Notes: generated from the letters alone by a model not told the origin. Counted from the stretch's first letter, positions 53,537 through 62,091 are shown. The stretch: 64,000 bases of DNA from an uncultured Chloroflexota bacterium (GCA_902791025.1 CADATZ010000006.1:2303-66302), one strand, 5' to 3'. Numbers and translations: made by a program.

Positions 53537-53564
53537 TAGTGAATAATGAATGGTGAATAGTGAA
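53537..53564. repeat. Heptamer array, 4 units (tagtgaa taatgaa tggtgaa tagtgaa)
   Basis: Lies 10 nt after IPE copy N and 15 nt before the DDAH start. Confidence 0.7.
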
Positions 53565-53578
53565 CAAAAGGGGGATTT

Positions 53579-54370
53579 ATGTGTCAGTATGAGAGAGCGA
53601 TCACACGTCCGCCGTGTGGAAAATTCGCGGATGGTTTGACCCATGGGAAACTGGGGAGACCTGATGTGGAGCTGGCCGTGCAGCAGCACAAGGCTTATGT
53701 GAAAGCTTTGCGCCGGTGTGGTGTAGAGGTGACAGTCCTTCATCCGGATAATGATTATCCGGATTCCTGTTTCACCGAAGATGAGGCGATCGTTACCGAT
53801 CGTATGGCTGTCATTCCTTCCTTCTGCCGTCCTTCCCGTCAGGGTGAGGAGGTCAGGACCCGTCCGATCATCGAAGCATTTTACAGCGGCCGGATCGAGG
53901 AGATCAAGGCTCCCGGTACACTGGAGGGCGGCGACATCTGCCGTGCCGGGAATCATTTCTTCGTTGGGATTTCTTCCCGGACGAATGAAGCCGGGGCGCA
54001 TCAATTCGCTGATATCGTAAAAAAATACGGGTTCACTGCCGCGTTCTGCGACATTCGGGAGATTGAGATCCTGCACCTGAGTACGGGAATGAGTTATATC
54101 GGGAACAATACCGTTGTCTGCTGTCCGGCTTTTCGTCATTTGCCCGCATATGACTCTTACCGCGTGATCGTTACGGATGAAAAGGAAGCGTACGCGGCAA
54201 ATTGCGTCCGGGTCAATAATAAGGTCATCATGCCGGAAGGGTTTCCGAAGCTTGAAAAGCAGCTGTTCAAAGCGGGATTTGACGTGATCACGACCCCGAT
54301 GAGCGAGATCGAAAAACAGGATGGCGGATTGAGCTGCCTTTCCATCAGGATCCCGAAGCGCTGCAAATGA
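53579..54370 (+). CDS. N(G),N(G)-dimethylarginine dimethylaminohydrolase-type amidinotransferase (DDAH family)
   Basis: Collinear with bacterial DDAH as I recall it: DGLT...LG.PD, YPDSCFTED, GTLEGGD, LHLSTG, YAANC, and catalytic DGGLSCLSIR. Confidence 0.8.
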   Translation: MCQYERAITRPPCGKFADGLTHGKLGRPDVELAVQQHKAYVKALRRCGVEVTVLHPDNDYPDSCFTEDEAIVTDRMAVIPSFCRPSRQGEEVRTRPIIEAFYSGRIEEIKAPGTLEGGDICRAGNHFFVGISSRTNEAGAHQFADIVKKYGFTAAFCDIREIEILHLSTGMSYIGNNTVVCCPAFRHLPAYDSYRVIVTDEKEAYAANCVRVNNKVIMPEGFPKLEKQLFKAGFDVITTPMSEIEKQDGGLSCLSIRIPKRCK

Positions 54371-54436
54371 TGCACATGGGGACAGGCACGCTTGTGTTGA
54401 TTTCGTGATACAAGATTCCAGTCTCCACGTGCTTAG
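54371..54436 (+). repeat. IPE copy O (termini missing, centre diverged)
   Basis: tgcacatggggacaggcacgcttgtgttgatttcgtgatacaagattccagtctccacgtgctt. Starts 1 nt after the DDAH stop. Confidence 0.75.
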
Positions 54437-54479
54437 TTCCAAAGATATATTTTAATTCAATAATTTACGGTTTAACATC

Positions 54480-54507
54480 TTGAAAAATCTTTAAATATCG
54501 TTATAAT
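54480..54507 (+). promoter_or_regulatory. dcw/mraZ promoter
   Basis: TTGAAA, 16-nt spacer, TATAAT, about 65 nt upstream of the mraZ start. Confidence 0.6.
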
Positions 54508-54513
54508 TGGTAT

Positions 54514-54540
54514 AAAGTGGCATGAAGTTCCATGTTTTCC
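54514..54540 (+). promoter_or_regulatory. Candidate MraZ operator (10-bp-phased direct repeats AAAGTGGcat GAAGTTCcat GTTTTCC)
   Basis: Direct repeats sit just downstream of the -10. AAAGTG(G/T)-type boxes with 3-nt spacers are what I recall for MraZ sites in Firmicutes/Mollicutes. Confidence 0.45.
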
Positions 54541-54570
54541 CTTTTTTGCTGCTTATACCAGAGGAGAGAG

Positions 54571-55026
54571 ATGTTTACCGGGGTTTACGAACATACCATT
54601 GATAAGAAAGGCCGTACATCCATGCCGGCCCGGTTTCGTAATGAGCTGGGCGGGGAGGCCTATCTTTCGGTTGGTATTGACAAGAACCTGGTAATTTATT
54701 CCACTGCACATTTCAAGGCAATGGCAGACGAAATCGGCAGATTGAGCCTTGCTGATCCGACCGCCCGGATTTTCCGCAGACGGATGTTCAACAAGGCTGA
54801 GTTTATCGAGATCGATGCCAACGGACGTTTTGTCGTTCCGCAGTTCTTGCGGGATGAGCTTTCGGAAGAAGCGTTCGATAAAGTGGTTTTTGCCGGATCC
54901 AATGATTATATTGAGATCTGGACCTCTGAAGGTTGGAAGCAGGCTGAAGAGGAAGCATTCCACGATGAAGCGATGACTGCAAACTTCGCCGGATTGATGA
55001 ATGGGCAGTGGAGTCAGGATGATTGA
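54571..55026 (+). CDS. mraZ: Transcriptional regulator MraZ
   Basis: MFTGVYEHTIDKKGRTSMPARFR, with the second DxxxR repeat (IDANGRFVVPQFLR). GAGGAG upstream. First gene of the dcw cluster. Confidence 0.95.
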   Translation: MFTGVYEHTIDKKGRTSMPARFRNELGGEAYLSVGIDKNLVIYSTAHFKAMADEIGRLSLADPTARIFRRRMFNKAEFIEIDANGRFVVPQFLRDELSEEAFDKVVFAGSNDYIEIWTSEGWKQAEEEAFHDEAMTANFAGLMNGQWSQDD

Positions 55027-55954
55027 TCCTTCCCTTTATAGCTCTCATATTCCGGTATTGTTTGAACCCTGCATGCGGTTAATGGATCCGCATCCGGGCG
55101 GGTCTTATGCAGATGGGACGCTCGGTGCCGGTGGTCATTCCGAAGGAATTTTGAAAGCTTCTGCCCCCGACGGCAGGCTTTTGGCCTTTGACCTGGACCC
55201 TGTTGCCATCGGAATTGCGCGGGAACGTTTAGAACCTTACGGCTCAAGAGTTCGTATTATTCAGGATTCCTATGTGAATCTTGGGCAATATACGGAAGAG
55301 AACAGCCTGGATGGGTTTATCGTTGACCTTGGCGTTTCTTCCATGCAGCTGGACCGGGATACCCGTGGTTTTTCCTTTCTGCAGGATGGACCGCTTGATA
55401 TGCGGTTTTCTCCTGAGCAGAAGATGACCGCGGCTGATATTGTCAATGACTGGCCGGAAGAGGAATTAGTCCGGATCCTTTGGGAATACGGCGAAGAGCG
55501 GAAAAGCCGCCGGATCGCTGCAATGATCTGCGCGGAACGAAGAACAGCGCGAATCGAGACCACCGGGCAGCTTCGGGATATTATTCAGAGCGCGGTTGGC
55601 TTGGGTAAGGAAAAGATCCATCCGGCAACTCGTTCGTTTCAGGCGATCCGGATCGCGGTCAATGAGGAATTGAAAGCAGTGGAGTCGGTGCTGCCGGCAG
55701 CGCTGAAAGCATTAAAACCGGGAGGCAGACTGCTGGTGATTTCCTTCCATTCTTTGGAAGACAGGATCGTTAAAAACTTCTTCCGGACTGAATCACGGGA
55801 CTGCCTGTGCCCTCCGGAACAACCGGTTTGTACCTGCGGACATAAAGCGAGCCTCAGGGAACTGACCAGGCACCCTGTTACTGCGGATGAAGGAGAAATA
55901 GAGATCAATCCACGCTCTCGCAGCGCAAAATTGCGGGCGGCGGTGAAATTATAA
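55019..55954 (+). CDS. rsmH: 16S rRNA (cytosine1402-N4)-methyltransferase
   Basis: HIPVL, DGTLGAGGHS, DLGVSSMQLD and SFHSLEDRIVK motifs. Confidence 0.95.
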   Translation: MIDPSLYSSHIPVLFEPCMRLMDPHPGGSYADGTLGAGGHSEGILKASAPDGRLLAFDLDPVAIGIARERLEPYGSRVRIIQDSYVNLGQYTEENSLDGFIVDLGVSSMQLDRDTRGFSFLQDGPLDMRFSPEQKMTAADIVNDWPEEELVRILWEYGEERKSRRIAAMICAERRTARIETTGQLRDIIQSAVGLGKEKIHPATRSFQAIRIAVNEELKAVESVLPAALKALKPGGRLLVISFHSLEDRIVKNFFRTESRDCLCPPEQPVCTCGHKASLRELTRHPVTADEGEIEINPRSRSAKLRAAVKL

Positions 55955-55963
55955 TAAAGCATT

Positions 55964-56449
55964 ATGATGAAATCAAATAAACAATCAGCATATCGCCTTG
56001 CTCCCTGGCGAAAGCAAATGCAGCGGATCATTACGATCCTGATGGTTACTTTTGCCGCGGCAGCAGTTACGATGATCTATCTGTCTATCTCGGAGAAGAT
56101 GACAAATGCCAATCTGCGGATACAGCAACTGCAGAATGAACGATCAGAGTATTCCCGCACGATTGCTGATTTAACAACAGATGAAGGTGTTTTGACCGCT
56201 TATAAAAATATGCAGGAAAGAGCAGAAAAAGCGGGGTTTACTGAGATTGATTTTTATGATGAGGATCAGTTTGCTTATGTGGTTGTTGACGGTTATACCG
56301 GGACAGGAATTAACACAGAATCGGAGCCACCGAAGATTCCTCAAAATGAGGTCGTTTCGTTAATCAAGCCGGAATATACCGAGTCACTTCAGGAGTGGCT
56401 TTTCAAAAGGATCACAACAGGGATAGAGAGTTATGAAGTCACTAATTGA
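55964..56449 (+). CDS. ftsL: Cell division protein FtsL-like (bitopic, coiled coil)
   Basis: One TM segment (IITILMVTFAAAAVTMIYLSI) followed by a heptad-rich segment. The position between rsmH and ftsI fits FtsL. Confidence 0.6.
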   Translation: MMKSNKQSAYRLAPWRKQMQRIITILMVTFAAAAVTMIYLSISEKMTNANLRIQQLQNERSEYSRTIADLTTDEGVLTAYKNMQERAEKAGFTEIDFYDEDQFAYVVVDGYTGTGINTESEPPKIPQNEVVSLIKPEYTESLQEWLFKRITTGIESYEVTN

Positions 56450-58262
56450 TTCCCGTTTTCGTGTTTTGTTTGGTTTTTTCTGTGTTTTGTCTGTCATTAT
56501 GGGACTGCGTATCTGCATGCTGATGATGGATGAATCGGCAATACAGATGAAGGCAGAAACTGAAGCTGATTATGATTATATGACTGTGGAAGTCAGTTCC
56601 GAACGTGGAAATATCTATGACCGGCAGGGTTATTTGCTTGCCGGGAATACAGTCAGTTATACGGTTGCCCTGAATCTGCAGCTTGCTAACGGCCATGAGG
56701 ACTTTATTGCTGATAATATTTCAGGTATTTTTGGTTTGAACCGTCAGGAAGTCAGGGATGCGGCTGCAATTCCCTTTGTACCGGGTAAAAGAGTCGAGGT
56801 TACGCTGACAAAACAGGCAACAAAGGAAATGTATAATCTTTTCATCGAGCACAAAAAGACTCTCGACCTTTCCTATCAAAATAAAAATGATAAGCCTGAA
56901 GATCTTGAGGCAGTGGTGTGTTATCCGACGATCCATCGTTATTATCCCAATGACGAGCTGGCTTTCAATATCATCGGTTTTTTCCCTTTCTTGAACTCTG
57001 ATGGACAGGCTGCTTACGGAATCGAACAGTATTATGATGATATTCTTTCAGCCAAGACGATCAGTCATCGTTTTTCTCTTGACCCGAATGTTCCGGACCG
57101 TATGCCGAACCTGCCAAACGGTGCTTCGGTTGTACTGACGATCGATCGGAAAATCCAGGAGATTTGTGAGCAGGCCGTTAAAGAGGCAGTTGAAATCAAC
57201 AAGTCCAAAAGCGCGACGGTCGTTGTCGCAAACCCGAAGACGGGTGAAGTCATCGCGATGGCGACTTATCCGAGTATTAACCTGAATAATTACGGTGAAT
57301 CGAATACGGTCTTTACACGGGATAACAAGTATAATCCGGCAGTCATGCAGCCGTATGAACCGGGCTCTGTTTTCAAAGTTCTGACAATGGCTATTGCTAT
57401 TGACAGCGGGGCTGTCAAACCATCTACGATCTTCAACGATACCGGCGTTTACACGGTGATGGGAACGGATATCATGAACTGGGACCGCGGTGCCTGGGGA
57501 CCGCAGTCTATGGTTGGCTGTTTGCAGCATTCTCTGAACACCTGTATGGCATATATTACTGATCTGGTAGGTGCGGAGAAGTTCTATCAGTATCTGGATG
57601 CTTTTGGCATTGGAAAACCGACGAATATTGAGTTGGCGATGGAGGATTACTACCCTGTTTTAAAACCCGGCAGTTCCATGTGGACTCCGATCAGCCTTTC
57701 AACAAATTCTTTCGGTCAGGGACTTATGGCGACTCCAATTCAGATGGTCGCTGCGATTTCGGCTTTGGCCAATGACGGCGTGATCATGCAGCCGCATATC
57801 GTTCGTGAGATTCGGTATAACGGACAGGTCGAGAAGATCCTGCCCACTGAGATCAGCAGACCGATCAGCGCGGAAACAGCCAGAACTGTTACGGAAATGC
57901 TGGCTACTTCGATTGAGATTGAAGCTTCTGACGCCGCGGTTGAAAATATCCGTATTGCCGGAAAGACCGGTACCGGTGAAATTGCGGTTGAGGGACTTGG
58001 GTATGTTTTGAACACGACGAACGCATCTTTCGTCGGCTGGGGTCCCGCGGATGATCCGCAGTTTATCGCTTATGTGTGGGTTCAGGAACCGAGCTTCAGT
58101 ATTTGGGGCTCTGAAGTTTCTGCACCGCTTTTCAGTGAAATTGTGACTGCAATCGCTCCTTATATGCGGCTCCCGGATGACCGGACCCGTAAATGTCTGT
58201 ATACTGATGTCTGTCCGACGGAAGAGCCGGAAGAGGATGACTATTCCTATTATTGGTGGTAA
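56433..58262 (+). CDS. ftsI: Class B penicillin-binding protein / peptidoglycan D,D-transpeptidase (FtsI/SpoVD-like)
   Basis: N-terminal TM and PBP dimerisation region. SVFK (SxxK), SLN (SxN) and KTGT motifs. Confidence 0.9.
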   Translation: MKSLIDSRFRVLFGFFCVLSVIMGLRICMLMMDESAIQMKAETEADYDYMTVEVSSERGNIYDRQGYLLAGNTVSYTVALNLQLANGHEDFIADNISGIFGLNRQEVRDAAAIPFVPGKRVEVTLTKQATKEMYNLFIEHKKTLDLSYQNKNDKPEDLEAVVCYPTIHRYYPNDELAFNIIGFFPFLNSDGQAAYGIEQYYDDILSAKTISHRFSLDPNVPDRMPNLPNGASVVLTIDRKIQEICEQAVKEAVEINKSKSATVVVANPKTGEVIAMATYPSINLNNYGESNTVFTRDNKYNPAVMQPYEPGSVFKVLTMAIAIDSGAVKPSTIFNDTGVYTVMGTDIMNWDRGAWGPQSMVGCLQHSLNTCMAYITDLVGAEKFYQYLDAFGIGKPTNIELAMEDYYPVLKPGSSMWTPISLSTNSFGQGLMATPIQMVAAISALANDGVIMQPHIVREIRYNGQVEKILPTEISRPISAETARTVTEMLATSIEIEASDAAVENIRIAGKTGTGEIAVEGLGYVLNTTNASFVGWGPADDPQFIAYVWVQEPSFSIWGSEVSAPLFSEIVTAIAPYMRLPDDRTRKCLYTDVCPTEEPEEDDYSYYWW

Positions 58263-58280
58263 TACGGGGAAAGGAATGAA

Positions 58281-59708
58281 ATGTTCACACTGAATGAGAT
58301 AATCCAGGCAATTACCGGAAAAGAAACACATTTCCCGGATTTATTATTTACTGAGGCGGTTGTTGATTCCAGACAGGCAGTTCCCGGTACTTTGTTTATT
58401 GCCGCACCCGGTGAAAGAACGGATGGACATAAATTTGTGTCTTCTGCTTTTGCCGCGGGAGCCCGAGCTGCTTTGATTCAGGAAGATGTTGACAGTGACT
58501 ATGAATCCATCGATCTTCGCAGCTGTGATAATATCGACAGTCAGGGACTGTTGACAGGGGAGAAGCCTGTTTGTCTGCGTGTGAATAATACAATTGCTGC
58601 ATTGCAGAAAATTGCGGCGTACCATCGTACGCGTCTTACCAACATGAGGGTAACCGGAATCACCGGTACTGTTGGAAAAACCAGCACCAAAGAGCTGATC
58701 TATGATGTGCTGTCTGTGCATTATCGTACATTGAAGACTTTGGGAAATATGAACAACGAGATCGGTCTGCCTCTGACCATGCTGCGGGCGGGTAAGGAGA
58801 CTGAGCTGGCAATTCTGGAAATGGGGTTTTATGTTCCGGGAGAAATTGATCAGCTTTGCCAAATCGCTCTGCCGGAGACGGGTGTAGTTACGAATGTCGG
58901 AATGGTACATGCTTCCCGGGCCGGTTCCATGGAGGTTATTGCCGAAGGAAAGAGTGAGCTTGTCCGGGCGCTTCCTGCTGATGGAACGGCGATTTTGAAT
59001 TATGATGACCCGTATGTGCGTCCGATGGCTGACTTAACCAAAGCCCGGGTTTTATACTATGGATTGGATCCTGCTGCCGAATTGCACGCTTGTAATATCA
59101 ACAGCCGGGGATTGGATGGCGTTTACTTTGACATAGTTTATCGTGGGGAAACATATCCGATCCATTCGCCGCTGATCGGACGGCATTCTGTTATGACTGC
59201 ACTAAGGGCTGCCGCGGTGGGTCTGGTTTATGGCCTGTCCCGGGATGAGATCATCTATGGATTGGAAAACAGCCGGAACCAGCTGCGGATGCGCCTCACA
59301 CGGACTTTTCTGGATGGGATCCTTATTGATGACACCTATAATGCGTCTCCGGAATCTACCACAGCTGCTTTGGATCTGCTTTCGGAAATTCCGGGACGAA
59401 AGATAGCTGTATTGGGAGAAATGCGGGAGCTGGGGCAATATGAACAAAAAGGTCATGAAATGGTAGGAAAAAAAGCTGCCGCCGTGTGTGACGTGTTAGT
59501 TGCTGTAGGTCCCGTAACGAAATATATGGCTGATGCTGCTATTGCTGACGGGATGAATTCCGACCATGTACAGTGGTTCGCAACGACTGATGAGGCGTCT
59601 GACTATCTGATTAATTGCGGGCTGAAAAAGGATGATGCCATTTTAATAAAGGGTTCTCGTGGTATGGTGATGGAAACGATTGTAGGAAAGTTGGAGAAAA
59701 AAGCATGA
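58281..59708 (+). CDS. murF: UDP-N-acetylmuramoyl-tripeptide--D-alanyl-D-alanine ligase
   Basis: GITGTVGKTSTKE P-loop, GNMNNEIGLPLTML and EMGFYVPGEI, which are typical of MurF rather than MurE. Confidence 0.85.
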   Translation: MFTLNEIIQAITGKETHFPDLLFTEAVVDSRQAVPGTLFIAAPGERTDGHKFVSSAFAAGARAALIQEDVDSDYESIDLRSCDNIDSQGLLTGEKPVCLRVNNTIAALQKIAAYHRTRLTNMRVTGITGTVGKTSTKELIYDVLSVHYRTLKTLGNMNNEIGLPLTMLRAGKETELAILEMGFYVPGEIDQLCQIALPETGVVTNVGMVHASRAGSMEVIAEGKSELVRALPADGTAILNYDDPYVRPMADLTKARVLYYGLDPAAELHACNINSRGLDGVYFDIVYRGETYPIHSPLIGRHSVMTALRAAAVGLVYGLSRDEIIYGLENSRNQLRMRLTRTFLDGILIDDTYNASPESTTAALDLLSEIPGRKIAVLGEMRELGQYEQKGHEMVGKKAAAVCDVLVAVGPVTKYMADAAIADGMNSDHVQWFATTDEASDYLINCGLKKDDAILIKGSRGMVMETIVGKLEKKA

Positions 59709-60697
59709 GAGGAACATCGACAACTCTGGCAATTGCAGGGCTCAGTTTTCTGCTGACCGTTATTTGGGGACGGCCTTTTCTTTATCTGCTTCGCAGGCTG
59801 AAGATCGGTAAGCTGATCCGCGCGGAAGGTCCGGCTGTTCAATTCCAAAAAATGGGTACCCCTACAATGGGAGGGTTCCTTTTTATTTTCCCGACGGTTT
59901 TGATCAATTTGCTGCTCAATGCCGCAAATTGGTTTGGTGTTACGCTGATTGGGCAGTCTTACATTATTCCTATGATGGCTCTGGTTCTTTTTTCCATCGT
60001 TGGTGCGATCGATGACTGGGAAGGTATTCGCGGCGCCAGACGTGGTATCGGTATGAGCGCAAAGATGAAAATGCTGCTGCAGATCATTCTCAGTGTGTTT
60101 TTTGCCTATGTCATAAAAAACTATTTGCAGGTATCTGAATTGATCTGGCCGATGTCACCCTATCCGATCGATGTTGGTTTTATGTTTTATCCGATTGCCA
60201 TTTTTCTGATTGTGGGTACATCCAACGCGGTAAATTTGACTGATGGGATGGATGGCCTGGCCGGTTTGATTTGTGCTACAGCTTTTGCGGCTTATGGGAT
60301 CATTTCGCTGGCGGAAGGTCAAATCTTTCTCGGTCGGTTCTGCTTTATTCTTGTGGGAGCCTTATTTGGTTTTCTCTGGTTTAATGTGAATCCTGCCATG
60401 ATGTTTATGGGAGACGCCGGTTCTCTTTCTCTGGGTGCTACGTTAGCCGTGGTGGCATTGATTTCCCGTCATTGGCTTGTTCTGCCGATCATTGCTATCA
60501 TTCCCGTTAGTGAGACTATTTCCGTCATTCTTCAGGTGGCGTATTTCAAACTGACGCATGGTAAACGTTTGTTCCGCGTGGCACCAATTCATCATCATTT
60601 TCAGGAAAAAGGCTGGTCGGAAATGCAGGTCGTGCAGCGATTTTGGCTGATCAGCCTATTATTTGCTATGCTGGGTGTTGGTTTGGCATCTCTGTAA
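59705..60697 (+). CDS. mraY: Phospho-N-acetylmuramoyl-pentapeptide transferase
   Basis: 10-TM protein with NAVNLTDGMDGLA and PIHHHF motifs. Confidence 0.95.
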   Translation: MRGTSTTLAIAGLSFLLTVIWGRPFLYLLRRLKIGKLIRAEGPAVQFQKMGTPTMGGFLFIFPTVLINLLLNAANWFGVTLIGQSYIIPMMALVLFSIVGAIDDWEGIRGARRGIGMSAKMKMLLQIILSVFFAYVIKNYLQVSELIWPMSPYPIDVGFMFYPIAIFLIVGTSNAVNLTDGMDGLAGLICATAFAAYGIISLAEGQIFLGRFCFILVGALFGFLWFNVNPAMMFMGDAGSLSLGATLAVVALISRHWLVLPIIAIIPVSETISVILQVAYFKLTHGKRLFRVAPIHHHFQEKGWSEMQVVQRFWLISLLFAMLGVGLASL

Positions 60698-60708
60698 AGG
60701 GAGACAAA

Positions 60709-62091
60709 ATGATTGATTTCGATAAAAAAACAGTAGTAGTCCTTGGGGCAGCCAGACAAGGCCTTGCTTTGGCGAAATATGCTGCTCATCATGGAGCTCA
60801 CATTATTATAACTGATCAAAGATCTTATGAACAGCTGGCAGATGCCAGGAAATCTGTCTCTGATTTAAATCCGGAATGGGTGTGCGGGGGACATCCGCTT
60901 GCTTTGCTCGATCGTGCGGATATGCTTTGTGTAACGGCAGGCGCGGATCTGAGGATTCCCTTTTTGCAGGAAGCCATCCGGCGGAATATCCCGATTTGGA
61001 ATGACGCGGCGATATTTTTGCATGAAGTGAAAAATCCGATCATTGCGATCACCGGATCTTCCGGCAAAACGACAACAACCACATTGGTGGGACGGATGGC
61101 AAAGGCCGCCGCGAAACCGGGACAGAATGTCTGGGTCGGAGGAAATATTGGCTTTGCTTTGATGTCCTTTATTGATGACATCGAACCGGATGATCTTGTT
61201 GTTTTGGAGTTATCCAGTTTTCAGTTGGAACTGGTGAAAAACAGTCCGCATGTGGCCGCAATTCTGAATATCACGCCGAATCATCTGGACCGCCATGAGA
61301 CGATGGAAAATTATACTGCCGCGAAAGTGAACATCTTGCGCTATCAAACTGAGGATGATACAGCTGTGCTTTTCCGTGAAAATGATTTGTCCTGGGCTCA
61401 GAAAAAATTGCTGCGCGGCGGTCTGGTCAGTTTTGGTTTTGAAGAACCGGATCTTTCAGAAAGCAGGGCTGTCTATTTGAAAGGTTCTGAAATTATTTAC
61501 AGAGAAAACGGTGTGGAAACAACGATTATGGACACAAGCGTGATTTTACTGCGCGGACGCCATAACGTCTGCAACGTGATGGGTGCCTGCGCAATTGCCG
61601 CCGCTGCCGGTTTTGGACCGGATGCTATGCGCGCGGGTGTTGAAGGTTTTACCGGCGTTCCGCATCGGCTGCAATGGGTCCGAAATTATCACGGCGCTGC
61701 CTGGTACAACGATTCCATCGCAACAGCACCGGAAAGAACTATGGCTGCGCTTCACAGTTTCCATGAACCGCTGGTCCTGCTTTTAGGCGGCAGAGATAAA
61801 CATTTGCCATGGGATGAATTGGCGGCGGAGATTCAGCACAGAGCTCACAGTGTTGTCTTGTTCGGTGAGGCAGCTGACCTGATTGAAAATGCTTTGGAAA
61901 AGGCTAAGATACAGAATGGTCCGAAGGTCATCCGCTGCGAACGCCTGGAGGATGCTGTAAAGGCCGCTGCGGAAGAGTGCCGGGAGGGTGATGTGGTTTT
62001 GTTGTCTCCCGGCGGAACCAGTTATGATGCGTTTGTAAATTTTGAGGAAAGGGGCGACAGGTTTACGGAATGGGTGAAAGCGCTGGAATAA
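60709..62091 (+). CDS. murD: UDP-N-acetylmuramoylalanine--D-glutamate ligase
   Basis: Start at MIDFDKKTVVVLGAARQG (ATG 60709 behind AAGGGAG). GSSGKTTTT P-loop and HRLQWV. Confidence 0.9.
   Translation: MIDFDKKTVVVLGAARQGLALAKYAAHHGAHIIITDQRSYEQLADARKSVSDLNPEWVCGGHPLALLDRADMLCVTAGADLRIPFLQEAIRRNIPIWNDAAIFLHEVKNPIIAITGSSGKTTTTTLVGRMAKAAAKPGQNVWVGGNIGFALMSFIDDIEPDDLVVLELSSFQLELVKNSPHVAAILNITPNHLDRHETMENYTAAKVNILRYQTEDDTAVLFRENDLSWAQKKLLRGGLVSFGFEEPDLSESRAVYLKGSEIIYRENGVETTIMDTSVILLRGRHNVCNVMGACAIAAAAGFGPDAMRAGVEGFTGVPHRLQWVRNYHGAAWYNDSIATAPERTMAALHSFHEPLVLLLGGRDKHLPWDELAAEIQHRAHSVVLFGEAADLIENALEKAKIQNGPKVIRCERLEDAVKAAAEECREGDVVLLSPGGTSYDAFVNFEERGDRFTEWVKALE

Noticed and set aside
3801-54436. 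Idea that the palindromic elements are integron attC sites marking gene cassettes
   Set aside because: The ends do not fit the RYYYAAC/GTTRRRY cores. No integrase or attI is present, the elements occur in both orientations, and the flanked genes are on both strands and include core genes.
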